Origin: an archaeon
GTDB taxonomy: Archaea; Asgardarchaeota; Thorarchaeia; Thorarchaeales; Thorarchaeaceae
Length of the DNA: 12,926 nt
Direction of reading: 5' to 3'
Assembly (NCBI GenBank): GCA_024276825.1
Contig: JAJRWI010000022.1
Coordinates: 1 to 12,926, forward strand
The notes under the pieces are model-generated. The model ran no database searches and was not told the origin of the DNA. It was given only the letters and a program-made list of their open reading frames with translations. A program made the position numbers and the translations under genes. This document shows positions 9,082 through 12,926 of the stretch, piece after piece (position 1 is the stretch's first letter; each line of letters begins with the position of its first letter).

Positions 9082-10527
9082 TTATTCATCAATTTCCCTA
9101 ATGTCTTTATTATCAAACTCCTTTTTAATTTGAATACAATATTTAATGACTTGGTGATTATTGATATTTATCCGAAAGGTCATTTTTGCACTTGTCTTTC
9201 TTGAGGCCAATGTAGTGATCAATTGAAGTTGCTTTAGACTGTCAAGTAATTTTCCAGGAACTGGATATATGTCGGTCTTCTCATGAGGTTGGGTATACCT
9301 GTCTGGAAATCGCCCCTCAAGTATTTGTGCACCAATATGAATCTGGTTTGCAGTCCTAACGCCCATTCTGTCTTCGGCAATTCTAAAGCGCTGCGGGTCC
9401 TCTTCCATCAAGAGTTGATCATGTAAGAATGCAAGAACAAGATAGTCAAATACATTCAAGATGGGCGAGTCGAGTTTGGGCATACCGGGAAGTTGGAAAA
9501 GTCTATTTATTGTTGGCACCAATTTGCTCTTTAATGGCTCAGTGCATCCTGCCAGAAAAATCACATCTTTTGATTGAAATTGTTGAAGCCAGTCTGTAAA
9601 TTCTTTCTTCAAATCCAGCTCAATTTTGGCAAGACCAATCGTATCTGCAATCTTCTCAAAAGCCCTTCTTTGATAACTCCAAGGCAGGATGTGCGCGGTT
9701 AATTTCTTGGAATATACATAGTGGTGTGATGAGTGACTGATGAACAAGCATTCAATCAACTCACGAATGGCTCTTCTATGTGAGATATCACTATCACGGA
9801 CCGTGTGCCACAACACAGGAATTACAACCCTTTGAGCAAATGCAAAGAACACAGCATTACATAATCTTTGCATCAATAATTTGGAAGTCTGTGAGCCAAC
9901 CTCTATCGTCACATGATTATTGTTTTGAATGGAAACAATAGAAAAACTGGAATGGCTTGAGTCTTGTTTTCCGGACTTGATTAAATCGATTTGAAAGCAA
10001 TCGGAGAAGCTTGGCCTAATTTGATCTTTACACCCAAATAGAGCTTTAGAGATAATATGTTTCGTTTCCTTGAGTCCATTGAATAATTGATCTCTCTGAG
10101 ATTTGACGAGTTCAGCAGGAATCTTGGCTTGAGTTGAGGTTGTAATTCTTCTTCTGACCTCTGCATATAGTGATGGATATACGAGTATCTCCTGAACTAC
10201 ATGAAATTCCGCAGAGTCAAAAGTCTCATGATAGGCATGCTTTGCAATCAAAGGAACGGGCATTCGATGTTTCATTCTATGATCATTTGAAATTCGAGCT
10301 TGATGCACAGACATCCCAAGCATCGGACCCTTCAAAGTCCATTTTAGCAGACCATGACCATTAATGAAAGTTTTAGTTTCGAGATTTATTCGTCTTGCCA
10401 AGCACTCCTTAAACTTCGACCATAATTCATCCCGATTGCCAAGGAATAACAAGTCTTGTCGAAGCTCTCTATTAAAGAGAACTACTTCAGGAAGGGGCAT
10501 AAAAGATGAGATTTGGACCCGATGCAT
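9082..10527 (-). CDS. Hypothetical protein (481 aa), possible C-terminal winged helix
   Basis: Long ORF; SD GAGGTG at 10541-10536; TAATG stop/start overlap with the upstream gene. The C-terminal pattern LNVFDYLVLAFL...TANQI...LLDSLKQLQLI...FRIN resembles a wHTH (weak). No family recognised. Confidence 0.8.
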   Translation of the reverse strand: MHRVQISSFMPLPEVVLFNRELRQDLLFLGNRDELWSKFKECLARRINLETKTFINGHGLLKWTLKGPMLGMSVHQARISNDHRMKHRMPVPLIAKHAYHETFDSAEFHVVQEILVYPSLYAEVRRRITTSTQAKIPAELVKSQRDQLFNGLKETKHIISKALFGCKDQIRPSFSDCFQIDLIKSGKQDSSHSSFSIVSIQNNNHVTIEVGSQTSKLLMQRLCNAVFFAFAQRVVIPVLWHTVRDSDISHRRAIRELIECLFISHSSHHYVYSKKLTAHILPWSYQRRAFEKIADTIGLAKIELDLKKEFTDWLQQFQSKDVIFLAGCTEPLKSKLVPTINRLFQLPGMPKLDSPILNVFDYLVLAFLHDQLLMEEDPQRFRIAEDRMGVRTANQIHIGAQILEGRFPDRYTQPHEKTDIYPVPGKLLDSLKQLQLITTLASRKTSAKMTFRININNHQVIKYCIQIKKEFDNKDIREIDE

Positions 10528-12047
10528 TATGTTCCCACCTCAAAGTCGACATCACTAATCCACCAGTCCTTATAACCATCTAGCCATCTGTGAACGGGAA
10601 GTTTCCATTTGATAAAATGCATATCTCCCAAATATGTTATCCACCGTTTTCTTCCTCGCAGGAAATCATTTAGATCCTCTACTATGTCTCTCACATGTTC
10701 TTCAGGAACTCTGAGCACTAATGATGTATATCCCTCGACTGTTCGTTCAGCATACACCTCTGGTAAACATGACACTGCATTACATAATTGCAAATGCAAT
10801 TTATGAGGGATTTTTGTCATGACTACTATTACTCCAGGTGCAAAAAGGGGGGTTGGGATCACTCGATTAATAATCACATTATGTTCTCGAAGTCTATTGT
10901 GCCTTTCTACCACAAAATTGTAGTCTTTCTTGAGAATGTTTCTAAGCTCACGGAGTGTTAACGGGCCTTTGCTTGTCAAATGACTTATGATCTGAATATC
11001 TGTTTCATCAAGAAGAGTTCTTTCCAAATCGGATTCCAATGATTGTTGGGACATATCATCTATTTCTCTAGTAAACCCTGAACGCATCATTGGGCTGAAA
11101 ATTCCTGTTTGGACCTCCCATGTGACACCATTAAACATGTTGTAATTGAAGTGCATCCAATTCATGGGTTCTATTCGGTTGAAAACATTGACAAATCTCA
11201 CATCGTCAAGCTCACTCAATTTGCGGACCCAATTCCTTGCCTCAGATTGCGACCTCCATGAATCAGGTACCACAAAATGGGCAATAGCAAAGTGGGATCC
11301 CATTCTTGATTCAAAGAGACTATACAACCAAGGATTGTTTGCAGAGAATGCAGGAGGAAGTTCTGCATCAAGACTTGTGAGTTCCACTAGCGCTATTAGA
11401 ACTTGCAGGCCCAAAGCTTTGAATGAGAATCTTACTCTCTCCCACAGTATCACTCTCTCCTTAAGACTGTTAATCACTCTTGAAACATAGCCTTTTGTCA
11501 TGCCCAGTTGCCTTGCAAGCTTAGTTGGTGAGAGAGTCTGTTGTTCAAGGGCTAATCGAAATACATCGAGTTCTCGTGCTGTGAGTCTGGGGGTGAGATC
11601 AGCTCGTATTCTGAAAAACGCTTTCAGAAAATCTTCAACAACTGCAGTTTCGGATTGATTCAACAACTCTCTGTAAATTCTTATGAGGTGCTCGAATCTA
11701 TCGGGTGCTTGCAGAAATAGATAGTACGCCCCCGGTGGGTCATATATCCTGCTTGTCAGATCACCTCTTATCTTTGTGGTGGACGCCCACAACTGCTCCC
11801 AATTCTTCAACTCATCCCAACTCAACCCAAGTCTATCTCTCAATAACTGTTCCACTCTGAAGCATACCAAGTCCCATCCAATAGTGCCAGGTGCCGCAAA
11901 TAATGACTCTTGCATTTCGGCCGCTTCGTCTGATATCTGATCCAGCTCACTAGACTTCTCATTCCAGATGTCCTTCAATAGCTCTATCAGCTGGCCAATT
12001 CTCGTTACTGCCTTTTTTGCCACGCGATACAAATTGGAATTCTCCAA
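10527..12047 (-). CDS. Tandem winged-HTH (Lrp/AsnC-like) transcription regulator with an extra N-terminal domain
   Basis: Two wHTH units (LTARELDVFRLALEQQTLSPTKLARQLGMTKGYVSRVINSL...FKALGL; LDETDIQIISHLTSKGPLTLRELRNILKKDYNFVVERHNRLREHNVI), each followed by an alpha/beta segment compatible with an Lrp RAM domain. Start uncertain: TTG 12047 or GTG 12023. Confidence 0.75.
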   Translation of the reverse strand: MENSNLYRVAKKAVTRIGQLIELLKDIWNEKSSELDQISDEAAEMQESLFAAPGTIGWDLVCFRVEQLLRDRLGLSWDELKNWEQLWASTTKIRGDLTSRIYDPPGAYYLFLQAPDRFEHLIRIYRELLNQSETAVVEDFLKAFFRIRADLTPRLTARELDVFRLALEQQTLSPTKLARQLGMTKGYVSRVINSLKERVILWERVRFSFKALGLQVLIALVELTSLDAELPPAFSANNPWLYSLFESRMGSHFAIAHFVVPDSWRSQSEARNWVRKLSELDDVRFVNVFNRIEPMNWMHFNYNMFNGVTWEVQTGIFSPMMRSGFTREIDDMSQQSLESDLERTLLDETDIQIISHLTSKGPLTLRELRNILKKDYNFVVERHNRLREHNVIINRVIPTPLFAPGVIVVMTKIPHKLHLQLCNAVSCLPEVYAERTVEGYTSLVLRVPEEHVRDIVEDLNDFLRGRKRWITYLGDMHFIKWKLPVHRWLDGYKDWWISDVDFEVGT

Positions 12048-12066
12048 GTTTTAAGGGTGTTTTTTC
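12048..12066 (-). promoter_or_regulatory. Candidate TATA box for the regulator gene
   Basis: Minus strand reads AAAAAACACC-CTTAAAAC; first T at 12054 is 31 nt upstream of GTG 12023, the same spacing as at cas10d. Confidence 0.4.
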
Positions 12067-12067
12067 G

Positions 12068-12107
12068 ACCTATTATCATTGTTTCATAACTATTGGAACC
12101 TATTATC
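12068..12107. repeat. 10-bp direct repeat ACCTATTATC x2
   Basis: Exact copies at 12068-12077 and 12098-12107 (30-bp period), flanking the imperfect palindrome GTTTCA-TAACTAT-TGGAAC. Confidence 0.7.
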
Positions 12108-12389
12108 TCTGATGTTTTCCGCCCAATTACGTCAGGGAGTTTCACGTCAGATGTCCTGGCGGAGGTGATAAGATGCATAATCCGCCAGGAGACCCATCTC
12201 CTGTTCCACCATGGTGCTAATTGGAACTCCTGAATGATATCCAACAAGCCAAAAGCTTGTTTCAGTATAATTGTTGGGATGCCCTTTGAACCAAGCTCCA
12301 GATCAAGGAGTTTCATACGGCCTAGACCCTGAATCAATCAGGGTCTTACCCTCAGACAACATGACGAGGGCATCCATCTCTTTTTTCTT
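12081..12389 (+). ncRNA. Putative structured RNA of unknown family
   Basis: Perfect stems 12154-63/12181-90 (10 bp), 12203-08/12222-27, 12243-49/12255-61, 12277-85/12367-75 (9 bp), 12324-32/12338-46 (9 bp), plus 12293-99/12307-13 with one G-U. G-U pairs favour the + strand. Ends in a T-tract at 12381-12389. Boundaries are approximate. Confidence 0.5.
12173..12220 (+). CDS. Putative 15-aa proline-rich mini-peptide MHNPPGDPSPVPPWC
   Basis: Perfect archaeal SD GGAGGTGAT at 12161-12169, ATG 12173, TAA 12218-12220. Confidence 0.45.
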   Translation: MHNPPGDPSPVPPWC

Positions 12390-12877
12390 ACACATATTCC
12401 TATTAACATATCGATTGAATCAACCATTAATGATATTGTTCTGATTTTTATGTGCTATTTAATTCCAAATGCGATCCATAATTTCCCACTTCTATCTCAC
12501 CAAGATTCGTGCCTCCGAGTCCCAATAGTATTCTTGACCTATTGCATACTAATGGAAAAACATTAGTCACATCATAAGCCCCCTTCTTTAAAATAATGCT
12601 ATTTTATTCTCCAATATACTCCAAATAGGGTATCTTTATGTGCATTTTTTAGACAGCAGTTTATTAGATTCAATTTATTGTTTTTCGCAGTTCCCCATCT
12701 CGTTAATTGCAAAAATGATGCGATTTCATTACTATAATTGGCAAAATAGCACTCTAGTCGCAGATGTCCTACCGTGGTCTATTATTAATTGCGCATCACA
12801 AATGTTGAACTCCGCCAAATTTTTGAACATACCCCGCCATAGTGGCAAAAACTAAATACTTTTAGGAAAATGACAGG
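12390..12877 (+). promoter_or_regulatory. AT-rich CRISPR leader region (5' limit uncertain)
   Basis: Non-coding and AT-rich, directly 5' of the repeat; BRE/TATA-like AAAAACTAAATA at 12847-12858. Confidence 0.6.
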
Positions 12878-12926
12878 GTTGAAGATCAAAAGCCTCAGCT
12901 AAGAGGATTGAAAGTTCATTGACATC
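12878..12926 (+). CRISPR. First repeat (12878-12914) and start of the first spacer of a CRISPR array running off the window
   Basis: 37-nt GTTGAAGATCAAAAGCCTCAGCTAAGAGGATTGAAAG: GTT start, CCTC/GAGG hairpin, canonical 8-nt ATTGAAAG handle right after the stem, preceded by an AT-rich leader next to a cas operon. Only one copy is visible. Confidence 0.8.

Noticed and set aside
9082-10527. CorA-like membrane effector call for the 481-aa protein
   Set aside because: Only a vague alpha/beta resemblance, with no C-terminal transmembrane helices or GMN motif.
478-11490. Numerous 60-115 aa ORFs antisense or out of frame within the long genes
   Set aside because: Shadow ORFs of well-supported genes with no motifs or translation signals.
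12005-12337. 110-aa minus-strand ORF
   Set aside because: TTG start with no SD, no recognisable motif, overlaps the regulator start and lies antisense to the structured element.
12081-12389. Identification of the structured element as SRP RNA, RNase P RNA, tRNA or an IS/MITE
   Set aside because: No diagnostic conserved motifs, cloverleaf, terminal inverted repeats with target duplication, or transposase were seen.
12640-12855. 71-aa plus-strand ORF
   Set aside because: GTG start without SD inside the AT-rich leader; no protein-like features.

Overview
Archaeal-type CRISPR-Cas locus of subtype I-D. On the + strand is an adaptation module: 5'-truncated cas1, cas2, cas4. It converges with a - strand interference operon: cas10d (with a probable nested cas11d), cas7/csc2, cas5/csc1, cas3', cas6. 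At the far right, an AT-rich leader is followed by one 37-nt CRISPR-type repeat and 12 nt of a first spacer, where the window ends. Between cas10d and the leader lies an unexplained ~3.3-kb cassette. It holds two translationally coupled genes (a tandem wHTH/Lrp-like regulator and a 481-aa orphan) and a divergent ~300-nt hairpin-dense element containing a perfect archaeal Shine-Dalgarno (SD) and a 15-codon proline-rich mini-ORF. The 12 visible spacer bases match cas10d exactly. GGAGGTGA-type SDs and TATA-box, apparently leaderless promoters indicate an archaeal host; an Asgard-like origin is only a guess. All protein calls rest on motif recognition, not database searches.
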